The translations under genes and the position numbers were made by a program. A stretch of 63,268 bases of DNA, filler included, from Basidiobolus ranarum (Eukaryota): the NCBI GenBank assembly GCA_040143965.1. It is 29 parts of 29 records of this genome, joined end to end, with 100 filler letters (N's around TTAATTAATTAA, not from the genome) between each part and the next. Parts side by side here need not be neighbours in the genome. Positions count along the whole stretch, not along the records: positions 50,297 to 52,376 come from JASJQH010003809.1; positions 52,477 to 54,556 come from JASJQH010003810.1; positions 54,657 to 56,736 come from JASJQH010003811.1; positions 56,837 to 58,914 come from JASJQH010003812.1; positions 59,015 to 61,091 come from JASJQH010003813.1; positions 61,192 to 63,268 come from JASJQH010003814.1; 23 more parts are not named here. One strand, given 5' to 3'. Of the stretch, positions 50,297 to 62,684 are shown piece after piece. The notes under the pieces were generated by a model. That model did not search any database and was not told where the DNA came from. It saw only the letters and a program-made list of their open reading frames with translations. Numbering within the stretch: position 1 is the stretch's first letter; every line of letters begins with the position of its first letter.

Positions 50297-52376
50297 TTAT
50301 ATGACCAGAATGATGTAGGTCAAAATGCCACTTTGGTTAAACCAGTAAGTCCAGACAACTTTGAGGACTTGCTGCTAGCTATTGACCTTGGTTATTCCAG
50401 TACCAATGGTAGCTTATCAGAAGTTGAGGAAGAAGACAACTGTTTTGTTACAGACTCTTTGTTATTGGCAAATATTAGTCTGCACATGACACTTACTGTA
50501 AAGGAAGCAGCTTTGATTATTGAGAAGTGGAGAGTTCAATCCAATCTTAGAAACCAGGTGCTTGTTGGTTTTCTTACACTTTTAACACAGTTGATTGGCA
50601 ACTGTTGCTTGCCAAAGACCTGATACAAGTGGAAAACACTTGTCAGTAGTATGACTTATAATTGTTCAGTAATTAAAATACCTTCGTATCCAAATGGTTG
50701 TTTGGCTTTCACTGTTGATCTGAAAGACCTGAAGTCATGTACTGTTTGCACACAATTAGCAATCACTGAATCAGATGAATATTGTTCCTATTTGGCTTAC
50801 ATACCATTGATTCCTCATCTTAAAGTTATAATGAAAACACCCAAATATAGATCATTGATCCAATACTAAAGTACTCACCATAAAGCTGATGGGGTTACCA
50901 ATATACTTGATGAATATCACTACCAGAATCTGAAAAGTCAAGGCTTCTTTGAGAACACATACAATCATGCATTTGCATTGGCTCTCATAGTTTCTCACTA
51001 AACAAATATACAGTTGGAAAGGCTTGCTGGCCAACAATTTTACTTAACTTAAATATTCCTCCTTCTGAACAGTATAAGAGTTGTAGTATTTTGATACTAT
51101 CCATTATATCGGGACCTAAATCACCTGGGCATATAGATATCTTCATGGAGCCTTTGATTGTGGAATTTGAATGGTTATTTAATGGGGTTCAGATAGGTGA
51201 ATATTTAATTAAAGCTAATATCATTGTATATATTGGTGACACTCCTGCCATCAGTAAACTTGGGGGTTTTTGTGGGCACAATGCACTATCTTGCTGTAGA
51301 TTTTGTCAGATCAATGGAGCTTACTCTATCAGGCATATGCATTATTACTATCCAAATACAACACTAAACTCCATGATTTTACTGTCAAGAGACTGGTCAG
51401 ATTTTACCATGAACACTGATATCAATTCACCAAATAGTCAGTCTAACATGAAACTTGGTATTAGCCATAAGCCTAAGATTATATTGCTAAGGGGATTGGC
51501 TGGAGCCAGAGCTTCCCATTAGGCACTTACTGTTTGACAACATTCCAATACTACTTACTCAGCTATATAGTGGAAAATCCAATATGAATGAGCCATTTGA
51601 GATAGAATCAAAGTTTGAATCAATTGGGAAAATGCTTGAAAACGTCAAGACACCATCATATTTTACCAGGACTCCCATCAATGTCCACTCATCTAGGCAT
51701 TTATTCAAATGCAAAGACTGGAAGTATTGGGCTTGTGTATATACAAGTGGAATTCTGAAAAGATTTGTGCTCTATAAGTATTGGCAACATTGGGAGTTGT
51801 ATGTCAATATTGTTAGTGTATTCTTACAGCATCAACTCAAATTGGCAGATCTCAGGCAGATACAGCAACTGTGCAAAGATTTTGTAATTGGACATGAAAA
51901 CCTTTATCACAGGTTTAAATAAGATAGACTGAATCTATGCTGGTGTTTGGTGCATTCCCTGCTACAGCTTTCACAATGCTTAGAATTATAGGCCCTTGCT
52001 ATACATTCTGGGAGTTCCCAATGGAGCACACCTGTGGTGAAATGATGCTCCATGTGAAATTGTCAGTATTATCATATGCTAATCTGATTAACAATGTAGC
52101 AGCAAAATCGGTGATAGATGTAATGCAATGGGTTAAGGAGACTCCAGAGTATATTAACTGGCCAACAAAGGGCTCTTTTCAATGTGCTCATGGGTTTTCA
52201 CATTGTTTGAGCACAATTACAGCAACAAAGCCCAATCCATGGACACAGAATAAGTACCTTTATAGTTGGACTAATTTGCTTGTGTGATAATCTGATGGTA
52301 TTTTTAGGAAAGCTGCAAGACAGACTTCTTGGTGAGATAGATGGAGATATGCAGTATTATTGTTTTAGCCATGGGG
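50297..52376 (+). mobile_element. CACTA/En-Spm-like transposase, most complete degenerate copy
   Basis: ISGPKSP...FMEPLIVEFEWL, IGDTPAISKLGGFCGHNALSCCRFC, KCKDWKYW, YWQHWELYV, GPCYTFWEFPMEHTCG (Transposase_21 plus DUF4218-like region). Confidence 0.92.
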
Positions 52377-53208
52377 NNNNNNNNNNNNNNNNNNNNNNNN
52401 NNNNNNNNNNNNNNNNNNNNTTAATTAATTAANNNNNNNNNNNNNNNNNNNNNNNNNNNNNNNNNNNNNNNNNNNNTTACTATAATGTACCATGGAAGGA
52501 GATTCACTATTGACTAGCTGTCCCCATATTTGCACATATGGATAGTTGGAGTCGATTCAATCAAATATGACTAAACAAACTTCCTAAGGATTCACTACTC
52601 ATCGATGGAGTATTTATTACCTATTACAAATCTATGGGAGACGTAAATAATTACACATACACGTGAATAATTATTGAAATTGAACCGATTTGAACTTTAT
52701 GCTCTCCACATGGTTGAGTATTCTATTGGGCCTCACCAATTGATGATGTTCCAATGGGACAGCTAATTGTCAAGTTGATGATCGTAAGCATCACAAGCAT
52801 AAATCTCGAAGGTTGACTATATAACCTCCATGTCACAGATAGAGTTGTTAGAGCCGAAGAACAAGATATTAACGGTCTTCCATAAGTCACATGCTCAATG
52901 GATATGTTCAGTTTTACTTAGACAGGTTACGAGACCAGCTTACAACTATTGTGCACATTTGGTACTCCATCGGTATTTACTCTATCATATATTATAAACA
53001 TGAAGAATCGCATCATCGAGATCGCTGATTGGCTTTTTGCCTTTTGAAGTTCAATATGGTGTGGCGATTGGAGCTCAGTCGCACATAATATATATGTATA
53101 AATTGGTATTTGAAGAAAATTAAGATTTGTACGTGGTATCCCAGGATGCTATGAGATCTATATATCATTGATCAACCAAACGCTTGACCTCGAGTTAGTC
53201 TTTTCCCC

Positions 53209-54077
53209 ATGAACCAACCTAGTGCTGGTAAGTAAACAAGGCGCCATTTCCTTAATTTCCTATTTCACAGATCCATAATATGGTGTTTTTATTTTAACAG
53301 ATCATAGACTTCAAGCGTGGTTTCAAGCCGTAGATACGTAAGTAGTTAAAGTGGTTAAATTTGGAACTTGTTCACTATTAGAAAAACTTCGCATCTTTAC
53401 TAAATAACTCTTCTTAATTACAGTGATAAATCAGGTGATATTACTGCTGAAGAACTTCAACATGCTTTAAAAAATGGTATGTTTCTTTTATAATATTTTC
53501 TAGTAATAAGGTTAACTTACTACTTATATTTAGGCGACTGGTCTAATTTCAACCTTGAGACTGTTCGTCTGATGATCAACCTTTTCGATCGTGATAATAA
53601 CGGTACCATCAACTTCCAAGAATTCGTTGGGTTATGGCGTTATATTGAGGATTGGCAAAGATGCTTCTTAGGTTTTGATAAAGACAGAAGTGGATTTATT
53701 GATTCCCAGGAACTGCAAGATGCTTTAAGAGCATTTGGATATAATCTTACACCACAATTTGTTAGCTTGTTAATTCGTAAATATGATCGTAGAGGTAGCA
53801 TTTTCTTTATATTTGTTCCAGGAAAAGCATAACTGTATATTTAAGGTTCACTTTTAAAATTTAGGCAAAGGAGATGTATCCTTCGATAATTTCATCCAAA
53901 TATGTGTTACTATTCGCTCGCTCACGGAATCTTTCCGTCGTTTTGATACTGACAGCGATGGCTGGATTCTCATCAATTACGAGCAGGTAGTTTAAGGAAA
54001 CATTGCACTCATCCAGACCTTTTTAACTGATACTTGTGTTCTTTTAGTTCCTGGAGCTCGTTCTCTCTAACCGCTAA
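53209..54077 (+). CDS. Penta-EF-hand calcium-binding protein (ALG-2/PDCD6/Pef1-like), 6 exons
   Basis: Exons 53209-53227, 53301-53337, 53424-53476, 53534-53794, 53865-53986 and 54048-54077 give MNQPSADHRLQAWFQAVDTDKSGDITAEELQHALKNGDWSNFNLETVRLMINLFDRDNNGTINFQEF...FDTDSDGWILINYEQFLELVLSNR*. Confidence 0.95.
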
Positions 54078-54285
54078 GTGCTCACCAAGATTTCTTAGGC
54101 TTAGATATAATTGTTTCTGACTTTCAACTTTGTTAATTTCCACCAGCCATTACTTGGTAGGAGATGGATCAAAATGTGCTTTCTTCCCTTTTTTCTCTCA
54201 CTCCAACTAAATACATTGAGTCATATTATCTTTCGCGTATTTATTCATTGTGTATGATTTGTTTGTATACGTAACTGTGTATGTC

Positions 54286-54556
54286 CTATATAATCGTATT
54301 ACTACTGTGGATATTAACTACAGAGCATGGATATGTTTTAGCGATGGATGGCAAGCATGCGCTGAAACAGCAGACAGAATGGGATTTCTGTGTAAACAAT
54401 GAGATAAATAAGGCCTCGCATGAAGAGGGAAACGAATAAAAGGAGGTTGAGGTGAATGTTGGAGAGATACCAACTACTACTTTCATGAAATTGAAAATGC
54501 GTAATACATTATCGTTCACTCTTCTATTCTTGGTATCCTCTGGTGTATTTGGATCA
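54286..54556 (-). CDS. Possible 3' portion of a convergent gene, unknown product
   Basis: Frame open from the contig end (DPNTPEDTKNRRVNDNVLRIFNFMK...). Exon structure is unclear. Confidence 0.3.
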
Positions 54557-54657
54557 NNNNNNNNNNNNNNNNNNNNNNNNNNNNNNNNNNNNNNNNNNNN
54601 TTAATTAATTAANNNNNNNNNNNNNNNNNNNNNNNNNNNNNNNNNNNNNNNNNNNNC

Positions 54658-54708
54658 AAATCTTTGGAAGAGATCTGTGACGAGATCGAGAACTCTGACA
54701 AGAAATAG
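54658..54708 (+). CDS. Extreme C-terminus of a probable MFS sugar/phosphate transporter
   Basis: KSLEEICDEIENSDKK* resembles the ETKGKSLEEI tail motif, but only 16 aa are visible. Confidence 0.45.
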   Translation, partial: KSLEEICDEIENSDKK

Positions 54709-55807
54709 ATCCTCTGAATACTAGCATAGAGTGTTACTGCATCATCCAAAATCACTCCTCCCGATTACTCTTCACACCGCTTTTATTATAGTTCACATTA
54801 CCTAAATACATTGTATCACGTCACACCTCGCGTATAGTCATTTCCTTCATTCATTCATCAAAATTCCGTTAACTCTGTACAGATACCCAATTTAATTTAG
54901 TCTAACTTTTATCAATTTTTTCACCCAGTTAACAAGTCGAATGTTCAATATTTACAAGTAGTTAACTTTGTCATCAAATAAACCACTTTAAATGTAAATA
55001 TCTTGTTTAGCATTCTCTATTCTGGTAGTAGCTAGAATTCAAGGTAGCCGAGATATGAGAAAATCAACTAATTCTCTAACCTACACAATGATATACTCAG
55101 TGGATGTTTTGCAAAGACAATGTTAACTATGTGATTTGTACATAATAGTTCGGACTTGAAGCCATGCAAAGATACTAATGATTGATATGTATGGTACTAA
55201 TTGAAATATAATTACATCGTTTTAGCCCATAATCACTTCCTAATGTTACAATGTTATTGGAGGTATCTCACCAACTTCGATTTCAAACATATATATTCAC
55301 AAACATTAATGTGTAGACAATCCAAACCCCAAGTGTCCCAAAACTTCTGAATTATGTTAATGTTATCAGCATGAAATTGTTTTCCACTGCTCCTTTTTTC
55401 TGTTTTTGCTGATTCGTTGAATTAAGAACAATGTCACAAGTGTATACACCAATCAATCACCTGAGTACCTTCAAGTGTATATTGACTTTTCCTCTAGAAG
55501 TTATCGAATATTTAGATTATGATATCTCTCATCGTATCAGTTGGAGTCGCACCACAATAGCTATCAATGTTATAAAATATTGGAGTGCCTAAGTGCTAAT
55601 TTTATCAATCTTCACAGCACAAAGCAGCTAATGTATGCCTTCAGATACAGCGGCTAAGTCAAACAAGTAGCAGTAGAAATCTACTTGTAAGATCTAGTTG
55701 GTACACTGGTACAAGTGAAAAATACTCATATACAGATTTCTTTAGTTTAGCGTAATTTGAAGCCTAAAGAATAGCACGTGCAATGAAGATAACAATCAAT
55801 GCCATTA

Positions 55808-55890
55808 TAAAACAACCACTCTAAGTATAAATGTGCTTTGAATCAATTATACAATAACCACTCTGAGCATAAATTTGCTTGAATCAATAT
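55808..55890. repeat. Two-copy ~42-bp imperfect tandem duplication
   Basis: AACCACTCTAAGTATAAATGTGCTTTGAATCAAT / AACCACTCTGAGCATAAATTTGCTTGAATCAAT. Confidence 0.75.
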
Positions 55891-56836
55891 CTCATCAGAT
55901 GAAGGGCTAATATGTAATCAATAAATAATTCCAGATAAAGAAAATTCTGACAGGACTCATTCCAGCCAACATGATATACAAAATTGATTTATTAACTGGA
56001 GATGGCACTTGAGACAGGCGATTATCACAAAGTTGCTTACGAATTTCGGTGACTGCACGTCTTTTACAATTTGAATGTACACCAGAGCTTGTACATCATT
56101 ATTGGCTTGACTTCAAACTTGCAAAGATGAAATTATAGCATCTCGAACTGACACTCCAACTTGTAGTCATTTGCTTGGGTTCTCAATCTAACCTTGCAAT
56201 CATTTAGCTACCTGGCTACACAGATCGTCAAAAGCTAAAATCGGAGCAGGTATTAAATGAAAATAAACCTATGTTGATAACAACTCTTACATTATCTAGA
56301 CGCATCACTGACAGTGACTGCCTACGCTTATAGAGTAACGCCAACTAAGCTGTACAGATATGGTCATTGGGATTACAATACTAAATTATCTGAGAGCGAC
56401 AAGTGTCATACCACTGATAAAAATCTATTCATTCAAAATAGAATAACTAGCTGGCATAGAGACTTACGGCTGCAAGTATATGACGTATTAAGGCTCTCTG
56501 ATAGTACAGTATGTATTTTCCTTTTAATGGCTTTATTAGAGTAGCAAGAGGAGGCTGGTACTTGGTATGTTAGTGTTTGCTATAAAAAGGTTTCATAGGG
56601 TCATTCAAGGTGGTCAGGTTTGAGGTGAAAATTGACTAACAGCTTTCACATTCATCAACGCAATCATCTCCACCACAATCATCGTACCATCCAGATCCCC
56701 AACCACCAAATCTCCCAAATCTGCCAAATCTGCGACNNNNNNNNNNNNNNNNNNNNNNNNNNNNNNNNNNNNNNNNNNNNTTAATTAATTAANNNNNNNN
56801 NNNNNNNNNNNNNNNNNNNNNNNNNNNNNNNNNNNN

Positions 56837-58914
56837 TGACTGTATGTCTTGTAATCCTTCAGTAATAAAACTACCTTCATCTTCAAATGGTTGTTTGGCT
56901 TTCACCAGTGATCTGAAAATCTGAAGTCATGTAATGTTTGCAAACAACTGGCAATCACTGAATCAGGTAAATATTGTTCACATTCAGCTTATGTACTGTT
57001 GATTCCCCATCTTAAAGTTTTGATGAAATCACCCAAATATATATCACTGATTTAATACCAAAGTACTCACTGTAAAGCTGATGGTATTACCAATATACTT
57101 CATGGATATCACTAACAGAATTTAAAAAGTCAAGGTTTCCATGAGAACATGTAAGATCATGCATTTGCATTGGCTCTGGAAAGTTTCTCAATAAACAAAT
57201 ATACCATTGGAAAACCTTGCTGGCCAATAACTTTAATCAACTTCAATCTTACTCCTTCTGAATGGTACAAGAGTCATATTATTTAGATACTATCCATCAT
57301 GTCTTGACCTTAATCCCCAGTGCTTATAGATAGCTTCTTGGAGCCTTTGATTATGGAATTTGAATGGCTATCTAACAGGGGTCAGATAGGTGAATATTTT
57401 ATTAAAATTAATATTGTTATATATATTGGTGACACTCCTGCCATCAGTAAACTTGGAGGCTTTTGTGGGCACAATGCACTATCTTGTGGTAGATTTTGGC
57501 AAATCAATGGAGTTTATTCTACTAGACATATGCATTACTACTATCCAAATTTGTCACTCAATTCCATGATTTTACTATCACAAGCCCATTCAAATTTCAA
57601 CATGAGTACTGATATCAATTCACCAAATATTCAGTCTAACATCAAACTTGGTATTAGCCATAAGTCTAAAGCCAAGAATGGAAGTATTGAATAGGTACAT
57701 ATTCAAATGGAATCATGAAAAGATTTCTGCCTAATCAGTATTGGCAGAATTGAGAGTTGTTTGTGGATATTATTAATATATTCTTACAGCATCAACTCAC
57801 CTTGGCAGATTTGAGGCAGATACAGCAGCTGTGCAAAGATTTTGTAATTGGATATGAAAATCTCTAATACAGGCTTAAAGAAATTAGGCTGAATCTATGC
57901 TGGTATTCAATACATTCCCTGTGACATCTTTCACAATGCTTAGAGATTATAGGCCCTTGCTATACATTCTGAGAGTTCCCAATGTGGCACACCTGCAGTG
58001 ATATGATGCTCCATGTGAAATTGTCAGTATTATCATATGCTAATCTGCTTAACAATGTTTCAGCAAAATCAGTGTTGGATGTAATGCAACAGGTGAAGGA
58101 GACTCTAGATTATATTAACCTTCTAACAAAGGGCTCTTTTCAATGTGGTCACAGGTTTTTGCATTGTTTGAGCACAACAACAGCAACAAAGCCCAATCCA
58201 TGGACACAGAGTTGGTACCTGTATAATTTGGACTAATTTGTTTGTGTGATAATCTAATAGAATTCTTAGGAAAGCTGCAAGACAGACTTCTTGGTGAGAT
58301 AGATCAAGATATGCAGTGTTATTGTTTTGGCCATGGGGTAATCTATTCAAGCAATGACACATCTACTTGTGGCAGGATATTTGTTGACTGCAAGTTGGGG
58401 ATATATGGGCCAAATCCTCTATGGAAATTTGCCAAAATCCAAGAGCTTATTCTCATTGTAAATGGTAACAAGAGTCAGCTCTTTGCCAAGTGTCAGTGCT
58501 ATTCAAAATTTCAGATGTTCAGAAATTTTTCCACCATTAGTTTGCTGGTAAAGCATATTGATGTTTTTGAGTTATGTCTAATCAGTCAAGTATGTGCATA
58601 TATAGAGTCTAAACACAACAAGATTCTTGTGTTTTTTGATTCTCATTATGGCTGGAATACAAAGCCTGAAATATCAAAATAAAGGCATGCATATTAGTTC
58701 AAATTCCTACAGCAGTAAACCCAGTAACTTGCCATTTGAAGATTATAATTTTGCAAAAATTGCAGGATATTATATAAAGCATGCCAAATTTGAGGATCAA
58801 TATTGAACATGTATGAATAACATCAAAATACCATTAAGAAACCACCATCACACCATCAAAATCCCTGGCAGAATGCAAGCCATCAATCATGTGATGGTTT
58901 TCTCACAGTTTAGC
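56837..58914 (+). mobile_element. CACTA/En-Spm-like transposase, centre to C-terminus (stop 58682) plus downstream element sequence
   Basis: DSFLEPLIMEFEWL, GDTPAISKLGGFCGHNALS, collinear with 50297-52376, extending to KFAKIQELILI...KILVFFDSHYGW. Confidence 0.9.
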
Positions 58915-59014
58915 NNNNNNNNNNNNNNNNNNNNNNNNNNNNNNNNNNNNNNNNNNNNTTAATTAATTAANNNNNNNNNNNNNNNNNNNNNNNNNNNNNN
59001 NNNNNNNNNNNNNN

Positions 59015-59278
59015 GGTACTCATCAGCCATTGCAGATCTCCAAAATTTTGTGTGAGGGCCATTCAGGGCCTCTTTTACAGTCTGGGGTTCATGTATTTGA
59101 GCTGTGCAGGCATAGGCCCAATTTTGGGACTTATTGATATAGTAATCAGGGCTATTTCTGATCCGATTTGATCTCCTGGTTTGGGATAAAGGTACTACAA
59201 CTTCTGGCATTGTATTGGGCACTTCAGTAGGCAAAATTTTGGTTGAAGGGTCCACAGGAATGCTATTTTCTTCATTGC
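59015..59278 (-). mobile_element. Copia IN-RT linker fragment (family of 4390-6058)
   Basis: TRRSNRIRNSPDYY...EPQTVKEALNGPHTKFWRSAMADEY. Confidence 0.9.
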
Positions 59279-60062
59279 CATAAATGTTGGGTCTTTTAGT
59301 ACATATACCTTTGGATAGACCTAAAGGCAAAACCAATAAACTAATTTTTTAAAAACAGTATGATACATGAGGTCATGTTTACAATCTTGCTAGTTACGTC
59401 GACAATAGCTACTAGTGCTAATACTTATTTCTATAGGTATTACTCATATATATTCTTTAGCACACTTTGTTAGCTCATGATATCATGTTAAGTAACTGCT
59501 TCTAAAAACTAAGAACTGCACGTGAATATACTTCGCAATAAATGACCGAGATAAACTGAACAGCTAAAGGGCGAGAAATGTAACTGTAACTTGAGCATAT
59601 TGTTGTAAGTTCCAATATTTGTGGGTGGGTCAAAAATTTATAGAATATAAACCAATTGCACATGTAAACTTGTTAGTATTTAATAGAATTGTTAGATCAT
59701 GCTCAAATAAAAACTGCTTCAACAACACATTCATCTCTAACAGATGCTCTGAATAAAGTCCTGTTATTGGTACTAGGTCCTTTGTTGCAGGCCAATCAAT
59801 AAGCCTCTCTTAAACCAAAAATATATCTACTGCTTAAATGCTCCTTTCAAGCTTCTTAGATTCCTTCAAAAAAGCTGTTCAGTTTACTAACTACTGACTA
59901 ACATCTAATTCCCTGGCCCAATCATAGTTTATCCCTGATGTGATTAGTAATCCATATACACTTAAGGAACTAGGATATGATCAGGTTAATCCTACACCAA
60001 TAAATCAAGATATTATTAGCTATATTCTGAAAACCAAAAATCCTAGACATAGCTCCAGGATA

Positions 60063-60389
60063 TGTTGAAATTAGTGTTGCCTAAACACCTATATAGTGAT
60101 ATATAGCTTAGTACATAGTTATCTTATTTTTCACTAAGATATTATCAATTATTTTCAATAGAAATTTATCTAGAAGTTCTTAAATATATAGATTTTTCAA
60201 ACTGTCCTAGAAGCCCAAACTTTGCATACATGTTCCTGGGACCTTCCTAATTGCATTTTACACATTAGTTTATTTACATATTGGCAAAACTGTAAATATC
60301 TACTGAATACTCAATTAATCAATAACTCAAAATCACCAATTTCTCTAAATCTCCAAACCACTTTCAACAGGCTCCCAAATACTTTAACA
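60063..60389 (+). mobile_element. Solo Copia LTR family A with 5-bp TSD
   Basis: GGATA|TGTTGAAATTAG...TTTAACA|AGATA, with no PBS or PPT adjacent. Confidence 0.9.
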
Positions 60390-60916
60390 AGATAAACAAT
60401 TTAGACATCACTTTGCACAAGCAAAAGTTCCAAACCATGAAGTGAACTTGATGTATTATATCACTTGAATATTCTTGCCAATATACTAATAAATAACTCT
60501 GAACTTTAGGTATCAAAGATCTAATAACAGGCCTAGGCATTAGTGAGTATAAGTGATGATGAAATTATCATTGCCTCAATGCCTATATAATCATATATAG
60601 CTTATTTCTTAGTTATCTTATATTGAACTAACATATTGTCACAATAAGCAACTGGACAAGGACTGGAAACAACAACAAGAGGCTAGAAGGCTGGATAGTA
60701 CTTGGGTGTAGACCACAAGACAAGAAAAGACTGCACAGGGAAGATGCTTTGGCAAGAATCTCTATTGATAACTGGCATTGATCAAACTGAGGTCTGATCA
60801 AGGAAAACATGGAGCTTATATAGTTATTGAGGGTGAAACATAATATACTGAATAGGGAATATACAGTGGCAAGTTCAAGTGTTGGGGTGTTTGGGACTAC
60901 AAGGACCAATATAAAG

Positions 60917-61091
60917 TGTTGAAATTAGCATTGCCTAAGCACCTATATAGTCATATATAGCTTAGTACTTAGTTATCTTGTAATTCACTAAGATATTATC
61001 AATTATTCTCAATCGGAATTTACTCAGAATATTTTTACCAACTTAGAAGTTCTCAGATATATAGATTTTTCAAACTTGTGCTAGAAGCCCC
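60917..61091 (+). mobile_element. Copia LTR family A, 3'-truncated by contig end
   Basis: TGTTGAAATTAGCATTGCCTAAGCACCTATATAG. A further decayed partial copy lies at ~60556-60625. Confidence 0.9.
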
Positions 61092-61191
61092 NNNNNNNNN
61101 NNNNNNNNNNNNNNNNNNNNNNNNNNNNNNNNNNNTTAATTAATTAANNNNNNNNNNNNNNNNNNNNNNNNNNNNNNNNNNNNNNNNNNNN

Positions 61192-61505
61192 GTTCAAGTG
61201 TTTCCATGCCCAGCATTTCTTGGCATCACATCCTTCATAATTTTTCAGTAATCTCTTGCACTCCGTAGGCTCTCTTTAAAGTGTTTCCCATGTCGCTCCT
61301 TTCTTGGATTCATACCCTTTTGATATTGTTCAGTAGTCTCTAGCACTGCGTAAACTCCCCTTTAAGTGTTTCTCATACTGGTCATTTGTTATTACCATAC
61401 CCTTTGTCACTTGTCAGTAATCTTTAGCACTTTATTGACTCTCTTGTGAGTGTTTCGCAAGTGTTTCGCAGACCTGCCATTTTTTGGCACCATACCTTTT
61501 GCTAA
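61192..61505 (-). repeat. 84-bp repeat array (reverse orientation relative to 33210-34235)
   Basis: AGTGTTTCCCAT, CCATACCCTTTGTCACTTGTCAGTAATCTTTAGCACT are reverse complements of the monomer. Confidence 0.88.
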
Positions 61506-62684
61506 CAATCTGATTGCCTGGGTACATTTCACAAGTCAATAATATCTGGATCGAGTCTCGGCTATTCCTGATAGTATCACTTACCTCGTAGCATGTTGCT
61601 AAAAAGTCAAGGAATTCTTGTTTGGTGTCTTCTGTATCAATAGCGTAGCAGTTGCGGTAACCGCACTTCAAATTAAATCCTGTTGGTCATCTAACCCTCG
61701 AACTCAATTGTGTATTTGTATCGTCGCATTTCAATATCTGCATTCTTTGATGACACTGACAAATCTTTGGTCATTATACTTATTCCTTACCGCCATTGTT
61801 GCTCAGGTGTTAACGCAACCATATCAACTGATAGGACTGGCATTGTTACGTTCTAGAGTTAAGAAAATGTAGCACTAATAAAGTTTCGTAAGTATTATTT
61901 ACTTTTAAACCTAAACTAAGTATCATATCTAGTTCCAGTTTTTCATCTAACTTTCCCAATGAGTAGGTTTTCTCATATACTGTAGCCTCCATTTTGCCAC
62001 AAATATGAAGTCATAGCCAAATTGTTGTTGGCGTAGAGAAATCAGCTACCTGCCTAAATTCCATGTTCTAGAGCTAAGACACTAATACGATATCACCTCA
62101 TTCAACCGGTACCATCGGCAGTATTGAAGGTATGATAATATGATCTAGATACATAATGTAGCAGGTTACCGAGTTACAAATTCATTTACAGATGAAGTTT
62201 GGCCCTCTGTAGTCGCATATTTTAATGTCTTTTTGCATTTACCAATTAACCCAGCCACGCTATATAGGTTTACATAATCTACGAATGTTTTGCACAATAT
62301 TTCAACAAAGTACGCCAACAACGTTCCTGTTACAAGTCACAAAATATAAAGCCAACTGACATCCAATTGGTCAGGTCATGTAAGCTGAGCAATAATTACA
62401 TGTTTTCAACGATTAACTCAATAGTATTTATACTGGCGCTGATGTATTTAAACCTTAGTTCTCTGCAAGCTTGTTTAAGTGCAGGCATAGAACAAGTTAC
62501 TTATTTTGATGATACGGGTTCAATCTAATCAAGTGTGCGGCCAATAAAAGAATATAAAATAATTTCGATAAACAATTGAGATGGAGCGCAAGTAACATAT
62601 GGTGGGGAAAACTCAAACTGGGACACTTTAACCACATAGCGCATTCAATAGCCTTTTGACGTCGTAGTTTTTAGAACTTCTATA

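Noticed and set aside
54709-56736. ORF 56314-56544 and surrounding sequence
   Set aside because: No ATG start or recognisable motif. Best read as intergenic DNA, possibly ending in a promoter (TATAAAA at 56581).
2096-61191. Regularly spaced TTAATTAATTAA repeats, and ORFs ending in X...LIN or X...N
   Set aside because: Artificial concatenation spacers, not biological repeats. ORFs running into them are truncated, and cross-contig synteny is meaningless.
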